A stretch of 64,000 nucleotides of DNA from Planctomycetota bacterium (GTDB lineage: Bacteria; Planctomycetota; UBA11346): the NCBI GenBank assembly GCA_022841245.1, contig JALHRW010000002.1:3362-67361 (forward strand), in the 5' to 3' direction. The translations under genes were made by a program, and so were the position numbers. Shown piece by piece: positions 26,439-35,007 of this stretch. The stretch's first letter is position 1. Each line of letters starts with the position of its first letter. Under the pieces are notes generated by a model. The model was given only the letters and a program-made list of their open reading frames with translations. It was not told the DNA's origin and ran no database searches.

Positions 26439-27527
26439 TCAGCTGTGCATCTGCAGCAACCGCGCCGGGTTGTCGACCAGGATGGCACGGATGTCGGCCT
26501 CACTGACACCGTGCCGGCGCAGGCCGGGTACGGCGAAGTCGAGCATGCCGGCATAGCCGAAGCCGCCGCCGGCACGGGTCAGCGCTTTCTGATAGACGTC
26601 GTTGCCGATGACGATCTGCCGCGCGTAGCCGGCGCGCAGCAACAGGATCAAGCCGGCGAGACGTACATTGTCCTCGTGGTCGGAAGGCGAGCCGAAAAGG
26701 TCGATGCATACGTTGACCCCGGCATCGAGAAGACGCTTGGCCCAGTCGAGATCGATGGACTGCCGACCTGGCTCCAGTAGCAGGCCAACCGGATCGGCCT
26801 GCAGGAAGGTGAACTGCAGGTGGCAGAACAGCAGACGCGAAGGATCCATGCCATATTCAAGGAAGGCGTCGAGCATGGCCTGCCGGCGGGCCGGGGCGGT
26901 GTAGCCACTGGTGTGCGCCGTGACCAGCATGCCCATCTCGCCCGCCACCTCGACGGTCGGACGGAGGAAGCACATCTCCTCATCGACGCCGTGGCGGATC
27001 GCCGTCTTGATGTGGCCGGCGCGGATATCCGTACCGTCCATGCCCTCGCCGATTTCCTGACGCAGATAGGCACGGAAACCGTCCGCATCCATACCGTGGA
27101 AGCGGGCTGGCCACGAATCGCGCACGTAGAGACCGGTGCTGGCAATGATGTGCACGCCGGTGGCCTGGGCGATGCGGCGCAGACCCGAAACATCGCCGCG
27201 GATGCCCGGGGCGCCTGGCTCAAGGATGGCTCCGCCGCCACGCGCCTTGAAATGAGCCACCTCGCGCTCCATCATCGCCTCATCGGCCAGCTCCCAGTTG
27301 TCGAGGTTCCTACCGCGCAGGCCGCACCGGTTGAGATAGCACAGATTCTCGATACCGAGCGGCGCATCGATGTCGATCGGACAGGCAGCCCGCTCCTCGG
27401 CGCTCAGCGGCTTGTGGAAGAACGGCGCCAGCACTGCCAGCACGTGGTCGTGCATCGAGGTGGTGCCGAGCGCGGCGGCCTGGACTGGGCCGCACACGGT
27501 CATGATCTGTCCCGTCGGTTGCATCAA
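26439..27527 (-). CDS. phosphotriesterase-family (amidohydrolase superfamily) protein
   Basis: ORF 26439..27527. The TTG start may really be the ATG at 27524 or 27503. HxH metal motif GTTSMHDHVL. TIM-barrel landmarks ASTGLY, GHIKTAI and VTAHTSG. Confidence 0.7.
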   Translation of the reverse strand: MMQPTGQIMTVCGPVQAAALGTTSMHDHVLAVLAPFFHKPLSAEERAACPIDIDAPLGIENLCYLNRCGLRGRNLDNWELADEAMMEREVAHFKARGGGAILEPGAPGIRGDVSGLRRIAQATGVHIIASTGLYVRDSWPARFHGMDADGFRAYLRQEIGEGMDGTDIRAGHIKTAIRHGVDEEMCFLRPTVEVAGEMGMLVTAHTSGYTAPARRQAMLDAFLEYGMDPSRLLFCHLQFTFLQADPVGLLLEPGRQSIDLDWAKRLLDAGVNVCIDLFGSPSDHEDNVRLAGLILLLRAGYARQIVIGNDVYQKALTRAGGGFGYAGMLDFAVPGLRRHGVSEADIRAILVDNPARLLQMHS

Positions 27528-27588
27528 CGTGATCTATCGGCTGGGTCTGGCGAGGACAGTCACCAGGCAACCAGGGTTGCGCACCTCC

Positions 27589-27607
27589 GCATAGCCCGAC
27601 GTGCACC
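27589..27607 (-). promoter_or_regulatory. degenerate copy of the GGTGCACC element upstream of the phosphotriesterase-family gene
   Basis: The minus strand reads ATGGTGCACGTCGGGCTATGC. There is one mismatch in the octamer and the second half is poorly conserved. Confidence 0.3.
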
Positions 27608-27631
27608 ATTCGACGACACGCGCTCGCCTGA

Positions 27632-30271
27632 TCAAGGCACGTCGCCCTCCAACGTGGGCATCAGCCAGAGCAGCTGCGCGATCACCTGGTTGCGCGTGAC
27701 GTTGTTGCCGATGCCGCCGGGCGCGTCGAAGACCAGTTTCTCGAGGGTGCGGAATGGCAGTGGCCACACGCCCTCGGGCAGGACGTCGGCGCTCATCGCA
27801 TCGCGGAAGCTGGCCGGCTTGCGCTTGGCCCAGGCGAAGAACTGCGCGCGCACACCCTTGTCGGGGAAGAGGGTCTCGAGGTCCTTCTTCAGCCGCTCAC
27901 GCCACTGCGTCTCGCCCTGCGAGAGCAGGTAGGCGCGCACGAAGGTCGCCGAGGGATCGTCGATCTCGGCCCAACCCTTGAGCCGATCGCGCACCCCACC
28001 GTGGGTGCGGATGTCGTGCAGCATCAGCGCCATGCCGCTGTCGAAGATCAGGCGGCCATAGCCGACTCCCGGCTTCACCTGCTTCTGCAACGCCTCGTCG
28101 ATCAGCTGCTGATCCCCGAGCGCATCGGCCATGTACAGGGCCGAGAGCACGCCCTCGTTCTCGTAGCGGTTCTTGCGCAACAGCCACGGGGCGAAGGCGC
28201 GCATCGCATCGAGGTCGCGGCCCTCGCCGGTGAGGAAATAGTGGTGCGCGACGGCGATCGAGGGGATGCCATAGCTGGTCATGTAGGTGCCCCAGTGCTG
28301 CTGGTCGTGGCGGTGGCCGCCACCGAGGCGCTCGCCGCCCTTGTTGTCGGTCGGCCGCGGCCCGTCGTCGGGGGTGTCCCAGAAGCAGCCGTCGACATCG
28401 CGGTGATGGCGCAGCCAGGTCTCGGCCTCGCGGAAATAGCGGTCGCGGCCGCTGCGCAGGTACTGCACGAACATCCACTGCCCGGTGCGGTAGGCCTCCT
28501 GGCCCCAGCCGCTGTAGCCCCAGTTCTGGAACAGGCCGGGATTCTCCGGCGCCTCCAGCTCCCAATTGATCGATTCGTACTCCAGCAGGTGGTCGCCATG
28601 GTCGAGCCAGCCGTACCAATGGAACTCCTGCGCCGCGCGCAGCGGCCAGGCGAAGGACAGGTCGACGTAGTTCTCGATGCGGGCGAAGCGCTTGGTGTCG
28701 TAGGGCGCCAGCGGACCGAACACGCCGGTGGCGCAGCTCCACGCCGGATCGGCGTAGGGGCGCAGCGGCTCCTGGAAGGCGCGGAAGGACTCGTCGACCT
28801 TGGCCGCCGCCTGGCCGCCGGCGTGGAAGCGGAAGAACAGCTCGCTGCTCTTGGCCAAACCGACCGCCGAGCCGGGATTGTTGAACTCGCGCCGCGCCGC
28901 CTTGCCGAAACTACCGCCCTTCTTCGGGCCATTGCCGCGAACGTCCTCATAGCGCCGGCGCAGATCGAGCGTGCGGTCGCCGTGGTCGGGCCACAGCCAC
29001 ACGCCGATGCGCCCGTCGCGGTACTGCACCTCCTTGGGATGCTCGCGCCAGAAATCGCGCAGGCCGACGGCGATGCCGAGCGTGCCGTTGGACACGTCAG
29101 CCCAACCGGAGGGATGGAAGCCCTTCTGCCGGCTGGTGCCGTCCTGCACCACCTCGTACTCGACGCGCAGGTCGTGGCTGGCCGGGACGTTGTGGTAGTA
29201 TTTGTCGGGACCGACGGACAGCAGATGCGCCGCGCCCTTCCGCGCCACTGTGCCGGCGATGATCTCGCTCGGACCGCGCTCGACCGGGATGTACGGGATG
29301 CTGTCGAGGCCGGGATTCAGCACTACCGGCTTGCCGGACTGCTCGAATGGTCCACCGAAGGCGTAGGCGAACTGCTCGCCGCTGAAGCCCACCGGCACCT
29401 CGATGGCCATGCGACGGATGAAGTTCTTGTCGGGATCGCCGGTCATCACCCAGGTGTGGTGCACGCGCACCGCATCCTGACCGGCGCTGAAGTGCAGGTA
29501 GAGGGTATACGCGCCGAACTGGCGGCCCTTGGCCGAGCGGTGCATGCCTTCCATGCGCAGCACCGTCTCGGTGGGACCGCTGCGGAAGACGCTGACCGCG
29601 TAGTCGCCGGCCGAGGCGAGGTAGCGCTCGCTGGTCTTGGCCTGCGACTTGCGCAGCCAATTGCCCCCCTCCATGCCGAAATACCACTTCCGGGGATACT
29701 CGCGCTCGCCGGCATCGCGCTCGCCGGGCGGCGCGTCGTCGAGGTCGATGAGCATCTCGCCCGGACCGTCGACCACCCGCTCGGCGGCGGCGTAGCTGCC
29801 GTCGCCATTGGCATCGACCCAGACCTGGCCGAGGAAGGCGAAGCGCTTGCGCTCGATCACCGCCTTCAGCCTGCCGGTATCGACGGTGATGGCGTCGGCG
29901 GTCTCGCTGACCCGGATGCCCTTGGCCTGACGGGCGGCCGGAGCCAGACGCAGGGTGTAGGCGCTGCCGCCACCGGCCGGCACATGGGCGAGGAAGTCGA
30001 GCAGCAGCCAGCGCACGCTGCCGTCGTCCCAGCGGCCGAGGACGGTGCCACGCTGCAGGCTGTCGACCGGCTTGCCGGCCTGGTCGAGCAGCTGCAGGCG
30101 GTCGAGCTGCGCCTCGCTGAGCGCCCCGCGCGGCATGGGGATGCCGCCCGAGACCGGCGCAGCGCGTCGCTGCACGCCGGCGTGCTCATCAACGCGGATC
30201 GGCACGCTGAGCGTGTCCGCCGCCCCCAGCAGGGCAGTCAGCAGGCAGAGGGCGGCAGGCGCATGGTCCAT
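27632..30271 (-). CDS. large secreted protein (879 aa), possibly a lyase/hydrolase of unassigned family
   Basis: ORF 27632..30271. Signal peptide MDHAPAALCLLTALLGAADT. The N-terminal VPIRVDEHAGVQRRAAPVSGGIPMPRG weakly resembles what I recall of bacterial exo-rhamnogalacturonan-lyase-like proteins. That assignment is weak. Confidence 0.45.
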   Translation of the reverse strand: MDHAPAALCLLTALLGAADTLSVPIRVDEHAGVQRRAAPVSGGIPMPRGALSEAQLDRLQLLDQAGKPVDSLQRGTVLGRWDDGSVRWLLLDFLAHVPAGGGSAYTLRLAPAARQAKGIRVSETADAITVDTGRLKAVIERKRFAFLGQVWVDANGDGSYAAAERVVDGPGEMLIDLDDAPPGERDAGEREYPRKWYFGMEGGNWLRKSQAKTSERYLASAGDYAVSVFRSGPTETVLRMEGMHRSAKGRQFGAYTLYLHFSAGQDAVRVHHTWVMTGDPDKNFIRRMAIEVPVGFSGEQFAYAFGGPFEQSGKPVVLNPGLDSIPYIPVERGPSEIIAGTVARKGAAHLLSVGPDKYYHNVPASHDLRVEYEVVQDGTSRQKGFHPSGWADVSNGTLGIAVGLRDFWREHPKEVQYRDGRIGVWLWPDHGDRTLDLRRRYEDVRGNGPKKGGSFGKAARREFNNPGSAVGLAKSSELFFRFHAGGQAAAKVDESFRAFQEPLRPYADPAWSCATGVFGPLAPYDTKRFARIENYVDLSFAWPLRAAQEFHWYGWLDHGDHLLEYESINWELEAPENPGLFQNWGYSGWGQEAYRTGQWMFVQYLRSGRDRYFREAETWLRHHRDVDGCFWDTPDDGPRPTDNKGGERLGGGHRHDQQHWGTYMTSYGIPSIAVAHHYFLTGEGRDLDAMRAFAPWLLRKNRYENEGVLSALYMADALGDQQLIDEALQKQVKPGVGYGRLIFDSGMALMLHDIRTHGGVRDRLKGWAEIDDPSATFVRAYLLSQGETQWRERLKKDLETLFPDKGVRAQFFAWAKRKPASFRDAMSADVLPEGVWPLPFRTLEKLVFDAPGGIGNNVTRNQVIAQLLWLMPTLEGDVP

Positions 30272-30349
30272 GCCGGAGAACCATGCCGAGGCGCGCCTGT
30301 GACGCCAGATGCCATGGAGCTTCCTGACCGGGCGATGTCGGATCGCGAC

Positions 30350-31633
30350 TCAGCCACGGACGCGCATCACCGACGGCACCAGTCCAAGGGTGACCACCAG
30401 CAGCATGACCATGATGCCGCTGAGCATGAGGATGGCGTCGTATGGTCCGAGATGCAGGCCGAACAGCGACCATGTCTGGCTGAACACGCCGATCTTGAGC
30501 AGTGCCGAGCTGCAGATGCCTGACAACGCGATGCCCAGGCCGGCCAGCGACTGGTTCACCGCCGTGGCCATCGGCTTGTTGTCGACCGGGATCGCCGAGA
30601 GCATCTCGGTGGTCATGGCGACGCTCGAAGCGGCCTGGACCAGCCCGAAGAGCACTGAGAGCGCGCCGATCACCACGCCGACGTGGACCGGGGGCAGCTC
30701 GCGGCCGAGGAAGGCGAGCAGCACCAGGGCGAAGGAGAAGTGGCAGAGGACGAAGATCGCCTTGGTGCCGATGCGGTCGATCAGCCGGCCGGAGACGAGG
30801 AAGCCGACCAGCGAGCCGAAGGTCGCGCAGTTGCCGATCACCAGCACCTGGCTCTGCGGCAGCAGCAGAGTGTCCTTGGCCAGCAGGCTGAACAGGGTGG
30901 TGCACGAGCCGGTGAACAGCGAGAGCAGGAAGACGTAGGCGCAGAACGGCAGATAGCCGGCGTGGCGCAGGGCGGCGACGAGGCTGTCGCGCAGGCTGGC
31001 GGCCCCTTCGCTGACGCGACGCACCTCCGGGATCCTGGCGAACTGCACCGTGCCGGCGACGCGCAGGACCAGCGCCACGCCGAGGAAGATCTGGAACACC
31101 AGCACCGTCGAGTGCCGTTCCAGGCTCCAGCTGGCGATCAGGGCGAAGACGATCGAGGCGGTCTGGTAGAGGAAACGCAGCATGCCGAAGAAGCGCCCCC
31201 GCTGCCCGTCGGGGACGATGTCGGAGATCAGCGGGAACCACGCATTCATGTACATGCCCGAACCCAAGCCGACGCAGACCATGGCCATGGCGGTCAGGGA
31301 CTCGACCGCCCAGCCCGGTGCCGAGCCCGCGGCGATGAGCAGGACCAGCGACAGCGAACCGAACGAGATGCCGATGGCGCCAAGCCGGACCTTGCCGATG
31401 CGCTCGGTCCACTGCGCGAACGGCACCAGGGTGAGGATCTTGAGCACCGACGGCAGAGCCAGCCAGACGAGGATGCGCTCGCTGGGGATGCCCAGTATCG
31501 CCAGGTACAGCAGCATGAAGCTGTTGGCATACAGCAGGTCGCTGATGCCATACTGCATGGTCGACAGGCGGATCGACCACTCCAGGCGACGATAGGCCCC
31601 GGTGCCCGGCGGCGGAACGGCGTCGGTGGGCAT
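30350..31633 (-). CDS. MFS transporter
   Basis: ORF 30350..31633. About 12 hydrophobic segments. MFS motif-A-like GRLIDRIGTK. Confidence 0.8.
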   Translation of the reverse strand: MPTDAVPPPGTGAYRRLEWSIRLSTMQYGISDLLYANSFMLLYLAILGIPSERILVWLALPSVLKILTLVPFAQWTERIGKVRLGAIGISFGSLSLVLLIAAGSAPGWAVESLTAMAMVCVGLGSGMYMNAWFPLISDIVPDGQRGRFFGMLRFLYQTASIVFALIASWSLERHSTVLVFQIFLGVALVLRVAGTVQFARIPEVRRVSEGAASLRDSLVAALRHAGYLPFCAYVFLLSLFTGSCTTLFSLLAKDTLLLPQSQVLVIGNCATFGSLVGFLVSGRLIDRIGTKAIFVLCHFSFALVLLAFLGRELPPVHVGVVIGALSVLFGLVQAASSVAMTTEMLSAIPVDNKPMATAVNQSLAGLGIALSGICSSALLKIGVFSQTWSLFGLHLGPYDAILMLSGIMVMLLVVTLGLVPSVMRVRG

Positions 31634-31693
31634 GCGGCGGCACCATACCGGCTGAGCGGGCCGGCACCAGCCGGCCGCAGAAGTGTTGTGGCC

Positions 31694-33112
31694 TTACGAT
31701 TTCGCGGTCTGGGCGACCGCCTTCGTCGACTGCGCCTGCGCAGCGTCCCAGCTCGCGCGCAGTCGGCTCGCATCGACCGCCGGGAACGTCTTGCCGCTGC
31801 CGGGCACCAGGCTCTTCTTCTCCAACTTCGGCAGAAGGTCGCCATGGGCCGCGATCATCTCGTCGCACATCTCGACGATGCGGTCCGGGGTCAGGGTCGC
31901 AGCGGTGAGCGGGTCGAACATGCAGGCCTGATAGACGTGGTCACGCCGGCCTTCCATGGCGGCACGGATGAAGAGTTCGTGCTGGATGAGGTGCGGCTGG
32001 ATGTAACCGACCAGCTCGGGCGGCAGCTCGCCGACCCGGGCATGATGCAATCCGGTGCGATCGACCAGGGTCGGAGCCTCGACGATGGCGGTCGGCGGCA
32101 GGTTCGGGATCGTGCCGCCATTGGGCAGGTTGCCGTAGACGACGCGCGGGACCCCGGTGCACATCGCGTGCATGATGGTCGAGCCATATTCATGCGAGAA
32201 CTTCACCTCGGTGACCGGCTCCGAACCGGCGGCGAAGGCCTTCAGCTTCTCGAACTCATGCACGCTGCTGTCGCAGCGCCGGAGGTACTCGTCGATCGGG
32301 ATGCCGAGCTTCGCCTGGCAGCCGCGCCCATGCGGGATGAACCAGCCACTGTATTCCGCAGTGTGCTCGCTGGACTCGGCGACGAAGCGACCAAGGCGCC
32401 GCATCAGTTCGAAGCGGACCTTGTTGGTGTTGTAGATCTCCTCCTGCTCCATCGCCGCGAACAGGCGCGGATACAGATCCACCCCATCCTTCTCCAGCTT
32501 GAGATAGAAGGCCAGATGGTTGATGCCGGCGCAGGTGAAGGCGATCTTGGCCGGATCCTCGCCCAGGTAACCCATGAGCTGGTCGAAGGTGGCCTGGACG
32601 CTGTGGCAGAGGCCGACCGCGCTCAGCCCGGGGGCGGTGCGGAACACGGTCTGCATGTTCATCGACATCGGGTTGGAATAATTGAGCAGCGTGGCGCGCG
32701 GGCAGACCTCCTGCATGTCCCGGCACAGCGACGACAGCATCGGAAATGTGCGCAAGGCGCGGAACAGCCCGCCAGGGCCGGTGGTGTCGGCGATGGTGAA
32801 CTCGAGGCCGAACTTGCGCGGGATCTCGAAGTCGACCAGGGTCGAGTCGAAGCCGCCGATCTGCACCATGTTGATGACGAAATCAGCGCCCTGGAGCGCC
32901 TCGCGACGATCCATCGTTGCCGTGATCGTCGGCTTGGCGCCCATCGCCTCGGCCTGCTTCCGGCAGAGCTGCTGCGAGACCTCGAGCCGCTCGCGGTCGA
33001 TATCCATGTAGGCGATATGGATGTCGCGGAACTCGGGGATTCCGAGGATATCGCCGGTGAGGGCGCGCGAGAAAACCACGCTGCCCGCACCGATCATGGC
33101 GACTTTGATCAT
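31694..33112 (-). CDS. glycoside hydrolase family 4 (NAD/Mn-dependent alpha-glucosidase/alpha-galactosidase type)
   Basis: Within ORF 31694..33556. ATG at 33112 gives MIKVAMIGAGSVVFSRALTGDIL, a typical GH4 Rossmann N-terminus. Also NYSNPMSM and CHSVQ. Confidence 0.8.
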   Translation of the reverse strand: MIKVAMIGAGSVVFSRALTGDILGIPEFRDIHIAYMDIDRERLEVSQQLCRKQAEAMGAKPTITATMDRREALQGADFVINMVQIGGFDSTLVDFEIPRKFGLEFTIADTTGPGGLFRALRTFPMLSSLCRDMQEVCPRATLLNYSNPMSMNMQTVFRTAPGLSAVGLCHSVQATFDQLMGYLGEDPAKIAFTCAGINHLAFYLKLEKDGVDLYPRLFAAMEQEEIYNTNKVRFELMRRLGRFVAESSEHTAEYSGWFIPHGRGCQAKLGIPIDEYLRRCDSSVHEFEKLKAFAAGSEPVTEVKFSHEYGSTIMHAMCTGVPRVVYGNLPNGGTIPNLPPTAIVEAPTLVDRTGLHHARVGELPPELVGYIQPHLIQHELFIRAAMEGRRDHVYQACMFDPLTAATLTPDRIVEMCDEMIAAHGDLLPKLEKKSLVPGSGKTFPAVDASRLRASWDAAQAQSTKAVAQTAKS

Positions 33113-33186
33113 GGATGTGTTCCTGCCCGCATGGGGCGTTCTGCAGAGTTGATACAGGACTGGAATGGAGGGATGGCCCCTGGGAC

Positions 33187-33969
33187 TCAGCGGGACGGCA
33201 GCGCCTGGCCACCGGGCGGATGGGCGGGCAGGTCGACATCGGCCCTCGTGGTACCGAAGACCACGTCGTCGATGTAGAAGTCGGTGTCCTCGGCGAAGCC
33301 GCTGTTGGCGGCACCCAACAGGTAGCCCTGCTTGTAGGCGTGGATGCCGCTTTCCTTGTACAGGGCCACCTGATTGGGGTTGTCGATGATCAGAGTTCCG
33401 TTCTTCCAGATCTGGATCGTCCCCTTCACCTCGGCGGTGGCGGCCTCGCAGTGGATCATGATCCGCATCCACGTCCCGAGGTCGGCGGCGGCAATGAAGT
33501 TCGGATGGCCCTTGCCCGCCTCGCCCATGCCACCGCCGGTGGCATCCCAGTCGCACCTCAGGCGGGAGAATCCGTCGGCCGGGTTGTTGCCCCAGGTCGA
33601 GGCGCCGATCTTCTCCTTGTCGCCGTAGTCAGTGCCCCAGAGGCGGAAGAACTTGTTGTTGGCCCCCCGACGGTGGGTGTAGTTCTTGGGGATGTAGAGC
33701 GAGTACGCGAACCACAGATCACGATACGGCTTGCCGAGGTCGAAGCGCAGCTCGGCCCAGGCGTCGCCATTGGGATCGGGCTTGCCGGTGAAGTGGAAAC
33801 GTGCGGCCTTCGTGCCGCTGACCGCCTGGCCTTCGACGACCGAGACGTGGGGATTGCCGATCCACAGTGGCTTGCCCAGCATACCGCTCTCGAAGTCCTC
33901 TTTGGCGATCTCGCTGCTCCAGGCAGCGCCAGCGAGGAGGCAGCAGAGGGGCAGGATGCGGAGGTTCAT
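33187..33969 (-). CDS. secreted beta-jelly-roll (ConA-like) protein, candidate polysaccharide lyase
   Basis: ORF 33187..33969. Signal peptide MNLRILPLCCLLAGAAWS. C-terminal YLLGAANSGFAEDTDFYIDDVVFG. Confidence 0.55.
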   Translation of the reverse strand: MNLRILPLCCLLAGAAWSSEIAKEDFESGMLGKPLWIGNPHVSVVEGQAVSGTKAARFHFTGKPDPNGDAWAELRFDLGKPYRDLWFAYSLYIPKNYTHRRGANNKFFRLWGTDYGDKEKIGASTWGNNPADGFSRLRCDWDATGGGMGEAGKGHPNFIAAADLGTWMRIMIHCEAATAEVKGTIQIWKNGTLIIDNPNQVALYKESGIHAYKQGYLLGAANSGFAEDTDFYIDDVVFGTTRADVDLPAHPPGGQALPSR

Positions 33970-33988
33970 GGTTGGGGTTCCGTGGAAT

Positions 33989-34999
33989 TCAGCACGGGTA
34001 CTTCAGGCAGTAATCGACGAGTTCCTGCACCTTGCAGGTGGCGACGCAGCAGACCGAATCAGCAGCGCCATAGTAGACGAAGAGGGTGTCACCGATGACC
34101 ACGTTGCCGCAGGGGAAGACCACGCGATTCACCGCCCCCTCCAGTTCGAAGGGCTCCTCCGGCTCCATGATGAAGTCCGGGGCGCGGGCGATGATGCGCG
34201 CCGGATCGTAGAGGTCGTGCAGCATGACCCCGGCCCGGTAGGCCTGGCCCTTGCCATCGATGTCGCCCACCGCGTGGTAGATGTCCAGCCAGCCGGCCGC
34301 GGTACGGATGGGCGGGGCGCCGGCGCCGATGCGCAGGGCCTCCCACGGCTGCTCCGAGCGGGCGATGCAACGGTCGCCGGTCCAGGTCTTCAAGTCGTCC
34401 GAGTAGGCGATCCAGATCGCCGGGGTCTTGTACTGCGCGTACTTCTTCTCGGTCCGGTCCAGAGCGCGATGCAGCATCACGTACTTGCCGGCGATCTTCT
34501 CCGGGAACAGCATCACGTCGCGGTTGTCGACATCATCCGGCGTGCACGGCCCCAGGCGGTCGAAGTGGCGCAGGTCCTTCGAGCTGGCGAGGCCCGAGCG
34601 GGTCCAGTTCTCGGTCCAGGTGGGCGTCTGCGCCGGCAGGATCTCGCGCTTGCGCCCGCCCCAGTGGGCATGCGGGGGATGGGCGCGGGCGGCATAGGCG
34701 ACGATGTACTCGTCGCCGAACTTGACGATGCGCGGATCCTCGATGCAGCCGGCGTCCCAGCCCTCGACCGACGGCGCCAGTACCGGCTCGGTCCCGGTGC
34801 GCTCGAAGTGGAAGCCGTCGCGGCTCTCGGCCAGGCCGAGGTAGATGCGGTAGTCGATGTCCTCGCCAGCAGCGCGGTAGAGCAACTTGACCGTACCGTT
34901 GTCGTACCAGGCGCCGGGGTTGAGCACCGCCATCTTCTCCCAGGGGCTGCCGGGACGGGCGCGGAGGATGGGGTTGCCGGGCCATTTCGTGAGACGCAT
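33989..34999 (-). CDS. glycoside hydrolase family 130 (mannoside phosphorylase/hydrolase type)
   Basis: ORF 33989..34999. GH130-like landmarks: NPGAWYDNGTVKLLYRAAG, LGLAESRDGFHFER, GCIEDPRIVKFGDEYIVAY, DNRDVMLFPEK and VVFPCG ... LFVYYGAADS. Confidence 0.8.
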   Translation of the reverse strand: MRLTKWPGNPILRARPGSPWEKMAVLNPGAWYDNGTVKLLYRAAGEDIDYRIYLGLAESRDGFHFERTGTEPVLAPSVEGWDAGCIEDPRIVKFGDEYIVAYAARAHPPHAHWGGRKREILPAQTPTWTENWTRSGLASSKDLRHFDRLGPCTPDDVDNRDVMLFPEKIAGKYVMLHRALDRTEKKYAQYKTPAIWIAYSDDLKTWTGDRCIARSEQPWEALRIGAGAPPIRTAAGWLDIYHAVGDIDGKGQAYRAGVMLHDLYDPARIIARAPDFIMEPEEPFELEGAVNRVVFPCGNVVIGDTLFVYYGAADSVCCVATCKVQELVDYCLKYPC

Positions 35000-35007
35000 G
35001 ACGATTC

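Noticed and set aside
30272-33186. Possible degenerate element copies in the small gaps at 30272-30349 (GCTCCATGGCATC), 31634-31693 (ATGGTGCCGCC) and 33113-33186 (CCCCATGCGGGCAGG)
   Set aside because: Each shares only a CCATGG-like core, with 3 or more mismatches to the octamer. At this GC content such partial matches are not distinguishable from chance without a genome-wide model.
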